From assembly GCA_965214605.1 (NCBI GenBank), contig OZ243961.1, positions 160,001 through 224,000 of the forward strand: DNA of 64,000 nucleotides, read 5' to 3'. The translations under genes and the position numbers were made by a program. Under the pieces are notes generated by a model. It did not search any database and was not told where the DNA came from. It saw only the letters and a list, made by a program, of their open reading frames with translations. This document shows, one piece after another, positions 33,642-43,987 of this stretch; positions within the stretch are counted from its first letter, which is position 1, and each line of letters opens with the position of its first letter. Source of the stretch: an uncultured Candidatus Binatia bacterium (lineage in GTDB: Bacteria; Desulfobacterota; Binatia; Bin18).

Positions 33642-33989
33642 ATGGGAAGTCTAGCCTATGCCCAAGAGGGAGCTGCCGCCGGACCCGGTCCGTTAGTCCA
33701 ATTTCTACCTCTCGTGCTGGTCTTCGCGGTGTTTTATTTTCTGTTAATTCGTCCCCAACAACAAAAGGCCAAAGCCCATAAAGTCATGCTGGGGAATCTG
33801 AAACGCAACGATGAAGTTGTGACGGCCGGGGGCTTGCACGGCAAAATCGTCGAGGTCGGAGAGGCCGACGTCAGGCTTGAAATTGCCTCAAATGTCCGCG
33901 TCCGGGTTGACCGTTCACGGATTGAAACCCTACTTGGCGGCAAGGGCAGAAAAGACACCAAAGAAGGGCGGGACGGGAAGGATAAGTAA
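33642..33989 (+). CDS. yajC: preprotein translocase subunit YajC
   Basis: FYFLLIRPQQ, DEVVTAGGLHG; between tgt and secD. Confidence 0.95.
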   Translation: MGSLAYAQEGAAAGPGPLVQFLPLVLVFAVFYFLLIRPQQQKAKAHKVMLGNLKRNDEVVTAGGLHGKIVEVGEADVRLEIASNVRVRVDRSRIETLLGGKGRKDTKEGRDGKDK

Positions 33990-35572
33990 TGGCTAGGGGG
34001 CTTGGGTATCGAATCGCTCTGGTTGCTGGCCTGACCGTGTGGGCGTTCGTCTATCTGATGCCCTCGCTACCGGCAGTGCCCGACTGGTGGCGCGCCGTAT
34101 TGCCCTCCAACCATATCCGATTGGGACTCGATCTGCAGGGCGGCACCCATCTCCTGCTTGAGATCGACTTGGACGAGGCGCTCAGGAACAACCTTGACCG
34201 CACGATTGCTGAGATTCAGCGCATCTTGGACGACGAGGCGATTCGTGTGACAACCATTAGCCGCGAAGACCGAGCTCTTCGTCTCCGGTTGCCCGACCAA
34301 GACGCCAAAAATCAAGCCGAAACTGTACTGTCCGAATGGTTTCCCAACCTCGTGCCAGACGGGGCGCCACCGGCCGCAGACGACGAAATTACGCTGGTCT
34401 ACGACAGCCGCCAGGTCCGCACCGTGCACGAATACGCCATCGACCAAACTCTTGAGACACTGCGCAACCGGATTGACCAGTTTGGGGTGACTGAACCGAT
34501 TGTCCAACGCCAGACCGATCAGTTTAGTGGAGAAGAACAGGTGGTCGTCCAGCTGCCCGGCATCCAAGATGCCGAGCGGGCCAAACGGCTCATCGGCCAG
34601 ACCGCGGTTCTGGAGTTTAAGTTGGTGGCCGTGCCTGGCACGGCAGAGGGAGGCACGATCACACTGAACGGACAGGATCGTGATCCGCTGTCCGGTGAGA
34701 TTATTACTTCGGAATATCGGCTCGAAGAGCGGACCTTAATGACCGGCGAGGCGGTTGCCGACGCGCGGGTGCGTCCCAGCGTTGATATTGAGGGGCCGTA
34801 TGTTGAGCTGATTCTGAGCAGTGCCGGCTCTCGGGTGTTTGAAGAAATTACAGGCGCCAATGTCGGTCGTGAGCTCGCCATCATTCTTGACAATACCGTG
34901 TACTCGGCGCCCCGTATCCGTGAACGTATCGGCGGTGGCCGGGCGTCGATTACGGGTGACTTTGATATTAAAGAGGCTCGCGACCTCGCCATTGTTTTGC
35001 GGGCCGGAGCATTACCGGCTCCAGTGACTATTGCTGAGGAGCGAACCGTCGGACCCTCGCTCGGTCAGGACTCAATCCGTCAGGGCGTGCATTCCTTTAT
35101 TATCGGCGGCGTCATCGTTGTGGTGTTCATGGTCATCTACTATAAGCTGGCCGGGTTACTGACCGATTTTGCGGTGCTGCTCAATATTCTGTATCTGCTG
35201 GCCGCCCTGGCCATGTTTGAGGCCACTCTGACCCTGCCCGGTATTGCCGGGATTATTCTGACGGTCGGTATGGCGGTTGATGCAAATGTGTTGATTAACG
35301 AACGGATACGCGAAGAGTTGCGGCGTGGCAAAAGCGCCCGGGCCGCGGTCGAGTCCGGGTATGAAAACGCTCGTCCGGCCATCGTTGACTCAAATATTAC
35401 GACCTTTCTGTCAGGCTTGATTCTGTTTCAGTTTGGCTCGGGACCGATCCGAGGATTTGCCGTCACGCTGTGTATCGGGATTGTGAGTACCGTCTTTACC
35501 GCGGTGGTGGTGACCCGGATTGTGTACGACTATTTCTTATCGAAGCATCGTGTGGCGGAACTGAGTGTATAA
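33989..35572 (+). CDS. secD: protein translocase subunit SecD
   Basis: LGLDLQGG, RIDQFGVTEP, LRAGALPAP, VGPSLG, GMAVDANVLI.ERIREE. Confidence 0.97.
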   Translation: MARGLGYRIALVAGLTVWAFVYLMPSLPAVPDWWRAVLPSNHIRLGLDLQGGTHLLLEIDLDEALRNNLDRTIAEIQRILDDEAIRVTTISREDRALRLRLPDQDAKNQAETVLSEWFPNLVPDGAPPAADDEITLVYDSRQVRTVHEYAIDQTLETLRNRIDQFGVTEPIVQRQTDQFSGEEQVVVQLPGIQDAERAKRLIGQTAVLEFKLVAVPGTAEGGTITLNGQDRDPLSGEIITSEYRLEERTLMTGEAVADARVRPSVDIEGPYVELILSSAGSRVFEEITGANVGRELAIILDNTVYSAPRIRERIGGGRASITGDFDIKEARDLAIVLRAGALPAPVTIAEERTVGPSLGQDSIRQGVHSFIIGGVIVVVFMVIYYKLAGLLTDFAVLLNILYLLAALAMFEATLTLPGIAGIILTVGMAVDANVLINERIREELRRGKSARAAVESGYENARPAIVDSNITTFLSGLILFQFGSGPIRGFAVTLCIGIVSTVFTAVVVTRIVYDYFLSKHRVAELSV

Positions 35573-36493
35573 ATGGAACTGATCAGACCCGGAACCAATA
35601 TTGACTTTCTGCGCTATTCCAAAATCGCCGCCGTCTTTTCTAGCCTGATGGTCATGATCGGTCTGATCACCTTCTTTGTCCGGGGCGGGTTGACCTATGG
35701 GGTCGATTTTGCCGGCGGAACGATTGTGCACGTGAAGTTTAGCGACCCGCCTACTATTGCCGAAGTCCGCCAGGCCTTGTCCGAAACCGATATTCAGGAT
35801 CTATCCGTGCAGGATTTCGGCCTGTCTGGAGATGAATTTCTGATTCGTATGGCTGCGCCGGAGACGGATATTACTACCGACAGGAGTCAGACGAGCCCCT
35901 CCGTTCAGGTCCAAGATACCCTTAAAGAACGCTTTGGCCCGCGCTTGCTGCCCATCCAACGGGTCGAAACGGTCGGACCCAAGGTCGGGCGCAATCTACG
36001 GACGCGGGGCATTCTGAGCGTGCTGTTTGCAGCCGTAGTCATGGGGACCTATATTGCCTTTCGATTTCAGCTCAGTTTTGGTATTGGCGCGGCGGTCGCG
36101 CTGTTTCATGACGTACTCATTACGGCCACCGCACTGCTGCTAATGGATGTAGAGTTTGATCTGCCGATTGTGGCCGCCTTTCTGACCGTCATCGGCTATT
36201 CGGTCAACGATACGGTAGTCGTGTGTGACCGGATTCGGGAAAATCTCCGCAAAATGCGCCGGGAGACCCTCGCGACGATCATTCGGCGTAGTATCAATGA
36301 GATGCTCAGTCGGACGCTGATTACCTCTGGGACGACCCTGATGGTTATTGTGGTGCTGTATTTTTTGGGTGGATCGGTCATCAACGGTTTTGCTTTTGTC
36401 TTGCTAGTCGGTTTCACGGTGGGCACCTACTCTTCGATCTATGTTGCCAGCCCGATTGTTTTGCTATGGAGCGGGGAGGGGAGACGGCGGTGA
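35573..36493 (+). CDS. secF: protein translocase subunit SecF
   Basis: GVDFAGG, VGPKVG, ALFHD, GYSVNDTVVV.DRIREN, GTYSS. Confidence 0.97.
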   Translation: MELIRPGTNIDFLRYSKIAAVFSSLMVMIGLITFFVRGGLTYGVDFAGGTIVHVKFSDPPTIAEVRQALSETDIQDLSVQDFGLSGDEFLIRMAAPETDITTDRSQTSPSVQVQDTLKERFGPRLLPIQRVETVGPKVGRNLRTRGILSVLFAAVVMGTYIAFRFQLSFGIGAAVALFHDVLITATALLLMDVEFDLPIVAAFLTVIGYSVNDTVVVCDRIRENLRKMRRETLATIIRRSINEMLSRTLITSGTTLMVIVVLYFLGGSVINGFAFVLLVGFTVGTYSSIYVASPIVLLWSGEGRRR

Positions 36494-38265
36494 GTCCGTC
36501 CCCGCTCCACGGTCTTCCTCAAAAACGCTGGCAGCTCCGCCCGGCCAATCATGAACGGCTGCGGCAGCTTGAGGCTGGGTCTAGCCCGATATCGCCCCTG
36601 GTTACCCGTCTGCTGGTCAACCGTGATCTTGACACACCGCAGAAAGTCGCCGCCTTTTTAGCGCCTACTCTGCGGGCGGGGCTGCGCTCGCCCTTGCTCT
36701 TTCCAGATATGCAACGCGCCGCCCAGCGCGTGCTGCGCGCCCGCGCCCAGGCTGAGCCGGTGTGTATCTATGGCGACTACGATGTTGATGGCGTTACCGG
36801 CAGCTCGCAACTGGTCCTGTTTTTACGTGAACTGGGTATGCGGCCTGATGTGTATATCCCGCACCGCACGCGTGAGGGGTATGGCCTGAACGCGACAGCC
36901 ATACACGAGCTTGCCAGAGGTGGCACGCGGCTGCTGATCACGGTCGACTGCGGAGCGTCTGCGCATACCGAAGTAGAACTCGCCCAGCGTTTGGGCATAG
37001 ATGTGATTATCTGTGATCACCATCAGGTGCCCGAGCAGCGTCCCCCCGCCTATGCGGTGCTCAACCCGATGGACAAGGCCTGCTCGTTTTCCTTTTCCGG
37101 CTTGGCCGCGACTGGGGTGGTGTTCTACCTCTTGATGGGGATCCGTATGGCCATGCGTGAACAGGGCGAAACCGGTCTACCGGACGTGCGTCACTACCTA
37201 GACCTGGTGTGCTTGGGCACGGTTGCCGACCTAGTACCGCTGGTCGAGGAAAACCGTGTTTTCGTCAGCTATGGCTTACGGCGTATTGCCGACGCGCAGC
37301 GGCCGGGTATTCGAGCTCTCAAAGAGGTCAGCGGTGAGGCCGAGGTGTCGAGCAGCTATGTCGGCTTTCGACTCGGGCCACGCATCAATGCTGGGGGACG
37401 TCTAGCCGAAGCCCACAAGGCGGTCGAACTGCTGACAACCGCCGATATGGAACGGGCACGGGTGCTGGCCGCGGACTTAGATTTAGAGAATCGGGCCCGT
37501 CAAAACATTGAGCACCAGATGCTTGAGCAGGCCATGTGTCTGGCTGAAGCACTGCCCGATTTGACCCAGCGCAAGAGTCTGGTCCTAGCCTCCCCGGACT
37601 GGCATCCAGGCGTGATCGGTATCGTTGCCTCACGGCTCGTCGAGCGCTTCTCGCGGCCCACCATCATGATTGCTGTAGACGGACAGATGGCCAAGGGGTC
37701 TGGACGGAGTCCCAAAGCTTTTCATCTGTACGAGGGACTGTCTGTCTGTGCCAGCCTCCTTGACAGCTATGGCGGGCATCGTCAGGCAGCCGGCCTCTCG
37801 ATTCGGGCTGACCGTATTGCCGCTTTTGCCGAGCAATTTGAGGCCGTGGTCCACCAGCGGGTCGGGGCTGAGGAATTGCTCCCGGTTATCGAAATTGATG
37901 ACGAACTTGATCTGGCCGCGCTGAGCGCCGCTACGCTCGATGAGATTCGTCAGCTTGAGCCGTATGGACAGGGTAATCCCGAGCCAGTCTTTTGGGCGCG
38001 CAAGGTGGAAGTTGTGTCCCAACGAGTTGTTGGGGCCGATTCGACACGCGGTAAAGTTGGCCACTTAAAGCTTGTGCTGCGTTCGGCCCAGGGGGGAAAT
38101 CCGGTTGATGCCATCGGCTTCGGCTTCGGACATGTGTCGCTTGAGCGGGGCGCGCGGCTAGATATAGTCTATACGCCGACGCTCCATGTGTGGAATGGCT
38201 TGTCTGGTTTACAGCTCCGGGTGCGAGACCTCAGAATTACCTCCCCCGGCGTGGCCCACCAATAG
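36490..38265 (+). CDS. recJ: single-stranded-DNA-specific exonuclease
   Basis: YGDYDVDG, TVDCG, DHH, GTVAD, PRINAGGRL, GGHRQAAG, PYGQGNPEP; GTGA overlap with secF. Confidence 0.96.
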   Translation: MSPSPLHGLPQKRWQLRPANHERLRQLEAGSSPISPLVTRLLVNRDLDTPQKVAAFLAPTLRAGLRSPLLFPDMQRAAQRVLRARAQAEPVCIYGDYDVDGVTGSSQLVLFLRELGMRPDVYIPHRTREGYGLNATAIHELARGGTRLLITVDCGASAHTEVELAQRLGIDVIICDHHQVPEQRPPAYAVLNPMDKACSFSFSGLAATGVVFYLLMGIRMAMREQGETGLPDVRHYLDLVCLGTVADLVPLVEENRVFVSYGLRRIADAQRPGIRALKEVSGEAEVSSSYVGFRLGPRINAGGRLAEAHKAVELLTTADMERARVLAADLDLENRARQNIEHQMLEQAMCLAEALPDLTQRKSLVLASPDWHPGVIGIVASRLVERFSRPTIMIAVDGQMAKGSGRSPKAFHLYEGLSVCASLLDSYGGHRQAAGLSIRADRIAAFAEQFEAVVHQRVGAEELLPVIEIDDELDLAALSAATLDEIRQLEPYGQGNPEPVFWARKVEVVSQRVVGADSTRGKVGHLKLVLRSAQGGNPVDAIGFGFGHVSLERGARLDIVYTPTLHVWNGLSGLQLRVRDLRITSPGVAHQ

Positions 38266-38285
38266 GGCACAGGTTCCTGTGTCCG

Positions 38286-38314
38286 TTGACCACATCTAAG
38301 CGGTATGGTATACC
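38286..38314 (+). promoter_or_regulatory. sigma70-like promoter
   Basis: TTGACC-17 nt-TATACC upstream of the methyltransferase. Confidence 0.45.
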
Positions 38315-38365
38315 GCGCGAACCGAGGGGGAACAACACATAGCTACTTGGGATAGGGAGGGTGCC

Positions 38366-39061
38366 GTGATTTATGGGCAGAAAGAAGGGGTGCTGAAAAA
38401 TCCTCATGAGAGTAAAATATACTCTCGTTTCTCCCATTTCTATGATCGGATTTTTACTCGACTTTTCACTGAGCGGATTACGAATGCCGTTCAGGCTCTG
38501 AATATTCAGCCGGGCGCAAAGGTGCTTGAAGTCGGAGTCGGAACCGGTCTGTCGCTAGCGGCTTATCCTGCGCATTGCGAGGTGACGGGCATTGATTTGG
38601 CGCCTGATATGCTGGAGCGGGCGCGGGAAAAAACGTTCGACAATGGCTGGCGCCATATCCGGCTGCGGGAAATGGACGCCTTAAATCTCGATTTTCCGGA
38701 CAACTCGTTTGACTATGTGACCTCATTTCACGTTATCAGCGTCGTGCCTGACCCGGTCCGAATGATGAACGAAATCCATCGGGTGTGTAAGCCCGAGGGT
38801 AAGGTCGTCATTATTAACCATTTTCGGACGACAAAACCCGTGATTGGACCGCTTGTCGGTGCACTCGACCCGCTCACCCGGCGTCTGGGATGGAGTGCTT
38901 CACTGCGTTTGACGCAGGCGTTTGGCGAGGTGCCGATTCGGATTGAAAAGCGTTTTAAAACGTCTCCGTTATCGCTGTTCACCGTTGTTGTGGCTGAGAA
39001 CGAGAAGCAGGCCCGCGACAGACACCAACTGCAGGAAAACAGGACGGCCCATCCGTCGTAG
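38366..39061 (+). CDS. class I SAM methyltransferase, phospholipid N-methyltransferase (PmtA)-like
   Basis: VLEVGVGTGLSL, GIDL, VISVVPDP, IINHF. Confidence 0.8.
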   Translation: MIYGQKEGVLKNPHESKIYSRFSHFYDRIFTRLFTERITNAVQALNIQPGAKVLEVGVGTGLSLAAYPAHCEVTGIDLAPDMLERAREKTFDNGWRHIRLREMDALNLDFPDNSFDYVTSFHVISVVPDPVRMMNEIHRVCKPEGKVVIINHFRTTKPVIGPLVGALDPLTRRLGWSASLRLTQAFGEVPIRIEKRFKTSPLSLFTVVVAENEKQARDRHQLQENRTAHPS

Positions 39062-39073
39062 GCGGACGAACTC

Positions 39074-39637
39074 CTATTTCGCCCGTGATAGATAGTTTCC
39101 TGTCTCGGTATCGACCCTGACGGTTTCTCCAATTTCAATAAAACCAGGGACGCGGACAACCAGCCCGGTTTCGGTCGTGGCCGGTTTGAGTTCATTGTTA
39201 ACGGTTGCGCCCTTGAGGGAGGGGGGCGTGTCCTCAACCTTGAGGTCCACGGTCTTGGGCAGGGAAATACCAACCGGCTGGTCGTTATGCAGATCGACCT
39301 TGATCATCAGATTAGGCGTCAAATATTGGACCGCCTCGCCTAGACTGTCCTGTGACAGCTCTATTTGTTCATAGCTCTGGGCGTTCATGAAGTGATAGGC
39401 ACCGCCAGATTCATACAGATACTGCATCTCTTGTTGGTCAAGCACCGCCCGCTCAATTTTGTCGTCTGAGCGAAACTTGTTTTCGGTCTGCAGACCGGTG
39501 CGCAGGTTGCGCAGCTTGGTCTGGACAAAGCCGCGTTTATTGCCTGGAGTGATGTGTATCAGCTCCATCACACGATGGGGGGCGTCATGATACACAATGA
39601 GCATGCCCACTCGCAGCTGGGTTGCCTGTACAAACAT
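39074..39637 (-). CDS. efp: elongation factor P
   Basis: HITPGNKRGFV, KPATTETG, VPGFI, YLSRA. Confidence 0.95.
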   Translation of the reverse strand: MFVQATQLRVGMLIVYHDAPHRVMELIHITPGNKRGFVQTKLRNLRTGLQTENKFRSDDKIERAVLDQQEMQYLYESGGAYHFMNAQSYEQIELSQDSLGEAVQYLTPNLMIKVDLHNDQPVGISLPKTVDLKVEDTPPSLKGATVNNELKPATTETGLVVRVPGFIEIGETVRVDTETGNYLSRAK

Positions 39638-39663
39638 AGGGGACTCCTCCGTTGAAAAAGAAC

Positions 39664-40080
39664 TCAGTGCAACTGATCTTCGGGTGGCGCTGGTGGGGCA
39701 AAGATCGGCGACCCGTGGTGATGGACCATCAACCATTCACCAGCCCGCTTTTCGAAGACGTTCGTGCTTAAAACCTGGGAACGGGAACCGCCGTCTGGGC
39801 CGCTTGATTCGAGATTTTCGATCAACACGACCCAGGCCAGGTCACCTAGCACCTCAACCCGGACATCGCTCAGGGTAAATCGCATCGATTCCGTATTGGT
39901 AAAAATCCGCTCCCAGCTCGCCATCACCGGCCCCCAGCCGCACAAGAGCGGCCAGCCCGGATGGACACATTTGATATAGCTCTCTTGTAACCATCTCTTT
40001 TCCATCTCGCGCATCTCTAGTGTTTCAAAGGCTTGATAGAAGGCTCGATTGGCGGTCAGCACGGCGCTGTGTTCGTCCAT
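39664..40080 (-). CDS. SnoaL-like/NTF2 family protein
   Basis: ANRAFYQAF, CVHPGW, SWERIF, TNVF..WLMVHHHGSP. Confidence 0.88.
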   Translation of the reverse strand: MDEHSAVLTANRAFYQAFETLEMREMEKRWLQESYIKCVHPGWPLLCGWGPVMASWERIFTNTESMRFTLSDVRVEVLGDLAWVVLIENLESSGPDGGSRSQVLSTNVFEKRAGEWLMVHHHGSPIFAPPAPPEDQLH

Positions 40081-40535
40081 AGCTTTTCCCTCTTTACGGT
40101 ACAAGTGCCTTTTGGCCTAGCGCAAAAGAGTAGCCTGTTGCAAGCCCATCCTCTTGTGTTTGACGTCTTTTCCCTGGCATACTGCGCGGACCGCCCAATC
40201 GTTTGCCTCAGGAGGCGCCGGTAGTGGGATGACCTCGCTGTCAAAATGCCGTCAGGGAGTGCTCGCGCCTCTGTCCGATTTTGGTCCGTGGGCGTATAGC
40301 TTGAATACGGGAGTCGGCTGGGCTGCAGATTCACCATCTGGTATTGATAAAGGCAGGGTGGTGGACGGCTATAAAATATATGAGGAGCGGCGACGAGGCG
40401 GAGACTATGAGGCAAGACGGAGTCTGTCAGATGGTCGGCCCTGGGCTTTCCTCTCATTCTTTGCCGTCCACGGCCCTCTTCTCAGCAGATCTTTCCGAAC
40501 ACAAGTGAAGACTCTCCCTTAGACGAGGTGGTACG

Positions 40536-41747
40536 GTGAAACAAGCACTCCAGGGGGTAAAAGTTCTTGATTTTACTCAGGTCATGGCGGGACCGTTTTG
40601 CACCCTGCTGCTGGGCGACCTTGGCGCTGATGTGGTCAAGATTGAGCCGCCGAGCGGGGATTCAACGCGTGGCATGGGCGGACGCCAGGGTATGGAGAGT
40701 ACGGCATTTTGGGCCATCAATCGTAACAAACGTGGTATGGTCCTCAACCTCAAACACCCCCAAGCCCAAGAGTTGGCCCGGAAGCTGGCGGCTTGGGCCG
40801 ATATTTGGGTTGAGAACTATCGTCCGGGTGTCATGGACGCCTTTGGCCTGGGCTACACCGACCTGCGCCAGATCAACCCGGGCCTGATCTATGCCTCGGT
40901 GTCGGGCTTTGGTGCAACCGGACCGTACGCCAAAAAGGGCGGCTTTGACCTCGTCGCCCAAGGTATGTCGGGCATTATGTCGGTGACCGGAGAAGAGGGG
41001 CGTCCGCCCGTCAAATGTGGTGTGCCGATCACCGATTTAGCGGCGGCCCTGTTTGCCACCCAAGCGGTTCTGGCCGCCTATATCCATCGTCAAAATACGG
41101 GTCAGGGACAGTATATCGACACTTCGCTGCTTGAAGCCGGCATAGCCCTATCGATCTGGGAATCGACCCAGTACTTTTCGCGGAGAGAAATTCCCGAACC
41201 CATGGGCTCGGCCCACCGCATGTCCGCGCCGTATCAAGCCATCAAATGTGCAGACGGATACATCAATCTCGGCGCGGCCAACACCCGCACCTGGCAACGT
41301 TTTGCCCAAGCCATTGGTCGCCCCGAGCTGCTTGAGCGCCCGGAGTACGAAAATGAGCGTCAACGGGTCGTCAACCGCCATCTGTTAACCCGGGACATTG
41401 AGGACGTGACCAGCACAAAGACTCGCGCTCACTGGCTGGCTGTGCTCGAAGAAGTCGGCGTGCCGTGCGGGCCCATCCTCAATTATGCCGAAGTCTTTGA
41501 CGATCCCCATATCCAGGCCCGCGGCATGGTTCAGGAGATGAATCACCCGGTCGGGGGCAAGGTGCGGGTGCTCGGCCCGGCAGTGAAATTGTCCGAGACA
41601 CCAGCCCGTCTTACCCGCTGCTCGCCCCTCTTTGGCGAGCACACGGCTGAGCTCATGCGTGAGCTTGGCTATTCAGAGGCCGAGATTCAGGAGCTGAGCG
41701 AGGCGGGAGCAGTAGTGTTAGGTGCCGAGGAAGCCCAACCGAACTAA
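40536..41747 (+). CDS. class III CoA-transferase (CaiB/BaiF)
   Basis: VLDFTQVMAGP, NRNKRG, ENYRPG, SGFGATGP, PLFGEHT. Confidence 0.93.
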   Translation: MKQALQGVKVLDFTQVMAGPFCTLLLGDLGADVVKIEPPSGDSTRGMGGRQGMESTAFWAINRNKRGMVLNLKHPQAQELARKLAAWADIWVENYRPGVMDAFGLGYTDLRQINPGLIYASVSGFGATGPYAKKGGFDLVAQGMSGIMSVTGEEGRPPVKCGVPITDLAAALFATQAVLAAYIHRQNTGQGQYIDTSLLEAGIALSIWESTQYFSRREIPEPMGSAHRMSAPYQAIKCADGYINLGAANTRTWQRFAQAIGRPELLERPEYENERQRVVNRHLLTRDIEDVTSTKTRAHWLAVLEEVGVPCGPILNYAEVFDDPHIQARGMVQEMNHPVGGKVRVLGPAVKLSETPARLTRCSPLFGEHTAELMRELGYSEAEIQELSEAGAVVLGAEEAQPN

Positions 41748-42014
41748 GGCTCTTTTCGGAGGAAAACACAGAGAAGTCCGAGCATGGCACCGAGTTGGCC
41801 GATCTCCAGAATAAGGGGTTGTCGGCGAGATCTTCTTTGCTCGGTCAGTGCTGCGCCAACAGGTGGGCTCCATAAATAAACACGACTCCGGCCAGTGTTG
41901 CCAAAGGCAGGAGGCGGGAATGGCTAGCATCATGGGCGGCTGGCAGTAGACTACTCGCCCCGAGATACAGAAGCACGCCGGCAAACCATCCCAGCAGTAA
42001 GGCTAACTGCGGCG
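41714..42014 (+). repeat. 301-bp direct repeat, left copy
   Basis: Matches 47256-47556 with 6 substitutions; spans the CoA-transferase 3' end, the intergenic region and the ZIP 3' end. Confidence 0.95.
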
Positions 42015-42017
42015 GAT

Positions 42018-42145
42018 TTGACACACGAGTTTGCCGCAACAAGAAATGGCATCCAGATCGCTTCAATCGAAGATTTCGAGAATGTTCAAGGGTCGGATTT
42101 GGGTGATAAACTTGAAGGTGATCAAAACGCGAACACACTCGACGC
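42018..42145 (+). pseudogene. fragment of an RTX-like Ca-binding repeat protein
   Basis: IEDFENVQGSDLGDKLEGDQNANTLD matches the ENVxGS..D.L.GD..AN.L repeat pattern. Confidence 0.55.
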
Positions 42146-42199
42146 GCCTCGCATGTTGGGGTCGACGCGGGCTGGGCCACGCCGACCGCGCCGTTTCCC

Positions 42200-42520
42200 G
42201 CGATCGGGCGTGGGCATCTGCCTCCGGCATCGTGAGCGACGCTTCGGCGATATCCGGGTCTTACCGGGCGCCGCCCGGAGCAGCCGATCCTCCCGTTGCG
42301 GTCGGCGAGCGCGAAGTGCCGGAGGCAGGCGGCGGCGCCATTGCGGCCGCGAGGTCAGTGGGGACATCGCGGCCCGCCAAGCCCGCGCTTGCGTCGTCGC
42401 CGTTCGCCAACCCGGCTATGAAGAGCACGTTCGGGTCGTTCCGTATCGACGAATAGACTGCCAAAGCCGTTCACATAAGCATAGCGATTCGATACCGGGT
42501 CTCGCGTACATCGTTGCCGA
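42200..42520 (-). pseudogene. possible S8 (subtilase) peptidase remnant
   Basis: GND.. motif, NVLFIAG, and SGTSRSPTATGG resembling the GTS catalytic-Ser motif; interrupted by stops. Confidence 0.35.
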
Positions 42521-42567
42521 TCTCTCTTGTCGCTGGCTCGATCCTAATCGGCGGCTGTCAAGTTTGT

Positions 42568-43167
42568 TCACGAGTTCACCCGTCTCATTCGTCTACTCAG
42601 GTCGTATCTGCAGTTGGAGCGGTTGCTGAAGGCGGCCTCAATCAGAAATTCGAGCCTAGACTTGTTTATTCTTTCCCACGGCGCGACGGAAATCGTGACG
42701 TCCTTCCTCAGAAGATTGTCGATGATCCGATCAGGCATGTACGGATATCGTCGCTTATATTCCGACCGCTGATCGATACTCGTCCATGACGTAACGCCCG
42801 GATACAACAGCTTCTTTTCCTGAGCGCCGTAGGGTGCGTTGAAAGTGTCGGAAATACCTGGCAGATTTATGACCACTATCCCCGACCTCTTGTTCACCGA
42901 GCCGTTGTACATGCTCGAATGAATCTCCCAATCGACATGTTTTCGCCGCTTGGTCTCGCTTCCCACTAGTACAATAGTTACCGTCGAATCCCTGAGATAC
43001 CTGTCTCTTATCGCGCGACGGATCTGCTCATCGGCCCAGTCATCCGGGATGTCGTCGGTGTCAACAGAGCGGTCCACGAATATCGCATTCTCTGCGCCGA
43101 ACCTGCCCAGCGCATCCTTGTACCCCTGATCCCTGCCGTGATGATAGCTAATGAATACCTTGTGCAC
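42568..43167 (-). CDS. ThsB-like TIR-domain protein (DUF1863/MTH538 type)
   Basis: VHKVFISYHH, IRDRYLRDSTVTIVLVG, KHVDWEI (catalytic Glu); GTG start with GGAG RBS. Confidence 0.9.
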   Translation of the reverse strand: MHKVFISYHHGRDQGYKDALGRFGAENAIFVDRSVDTDDIPDDWADEQIRRAIRDRYLRDSTVTIVLVGSETKRRKHVDWEIHSSMYNGSVNKRSGIVVINLPGISDTFNAPYGAQEKKLLYPGVTSWTSIDQRSEYKRRYPYMPDRIIDNLLRKDVTISVAPWERINKSRLEFLIEAAFSNRSNCRYDLSRRMRRVNS

Positions 43168-43987
43168 CGCTATCTCCGTTGCCGACGGCCCGGCGAAGAC
43201 CTCGCGATACGAGCGTGAGCGCTTCCTGAATGTGCGGTGTCCGGGCGAGCACGGCGTTTTCCTCGCGGGACAGACCATTGCGGAGGTCGTCCGGGGAATA
43301 GGGACGAAAGCGCTCTCGACCGACCCAGTCACCGCGTGAACCTGCCCAGCGCTCGGCAAAGCCCATCGTCTCCGCAATGTCTCGGGAACACCCTCCGAAC
43401 CCGCCGAGCACGAAGACCGGCTGCCCGGCTTGCAGAGACAGGTATGTTTCCTCCGCGATACCGGGCATTGTCCCCTTGTAGTCGGCGACCCTTCCGCCGA
43501 GCACGATCCGCGCCCGAGTATCGCAGCGCATGACGGTTCGCATGGCCGTCAGCCCTTTCGTCCACTCCTCGTCATCAGGCTCATGCGCTGGAAGTTTCAG
43601 CCGCTGTTCCCAGGCCAGACGCTCGCCGTCGTCGGCGAGGAAGACGAGGCGGGCAGCAACCTCGTGTTCGGCGGAGAAGGTGGCGAGATCGTTGGGGGTC
43701 ATCCTTATATGCACCGGCCACGCCAGATAGTCGGTCACGACGATGGTCCCGTCGTGTCGCGGATGGTTCCGATAGCGTCCCACAAGCTCGAACAAGAGCT
43801 CCGTAAATCCGTGTTGTCGCAGGTCTCCGCCGTAGGCCAGACTCCTTCCCGAGGCCAGAACATGCAGCGCAATCTCGGCCATTGCATCGCGCAAATGCCC
43901 GTCGCTCAATCCAAACGCCTGCAAGTCGGGGCTCTCCGAAACCGAGATTCCGATCGCGGTCGCTGTTTTGGTCTGGGATAGGGTCAT
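43148..43987 (-). CDS. stand-alone SLOG-domain protein
   Basis: IGISVSES, LAYGGDLR, LTAMR, RIVLGG, MPGIAEE, PVFVLGGFGG; ATGA-coupled to the upstream TIR gene. Confidence 0.85.
   Translation of the reverse strand: MTLSQTKTATAIGISVSESPDLQAFGLSDGHLRDAMAEIALHVLASGRSLAYGGDLRQHGFTELLFELVGRYRNHPRHDGTIVVTDYLAWPVHIRMTPNDLATFSAEHEVAARLVFLADDGERLAWEQRLKLPAHEPDDEEWTKGLTAMRTVMRCDTRARIVLGGRVADYKGTMPGIAEETYLSLQAGQPVFVLGGFGGCSRDIAETMGFAERWAGSRGDWVGRERFRPYSPDDLRNGLSREENAVLARTPHIQEALTLVSRGLRRAVGNGDSGAQGIH

Noticed and set aside
41845-42180. Second ZIP-like gene of 111 aa
   Set aside because: It is only the duplicated 3' end of the ZIP gene joined to unrelated island sequence
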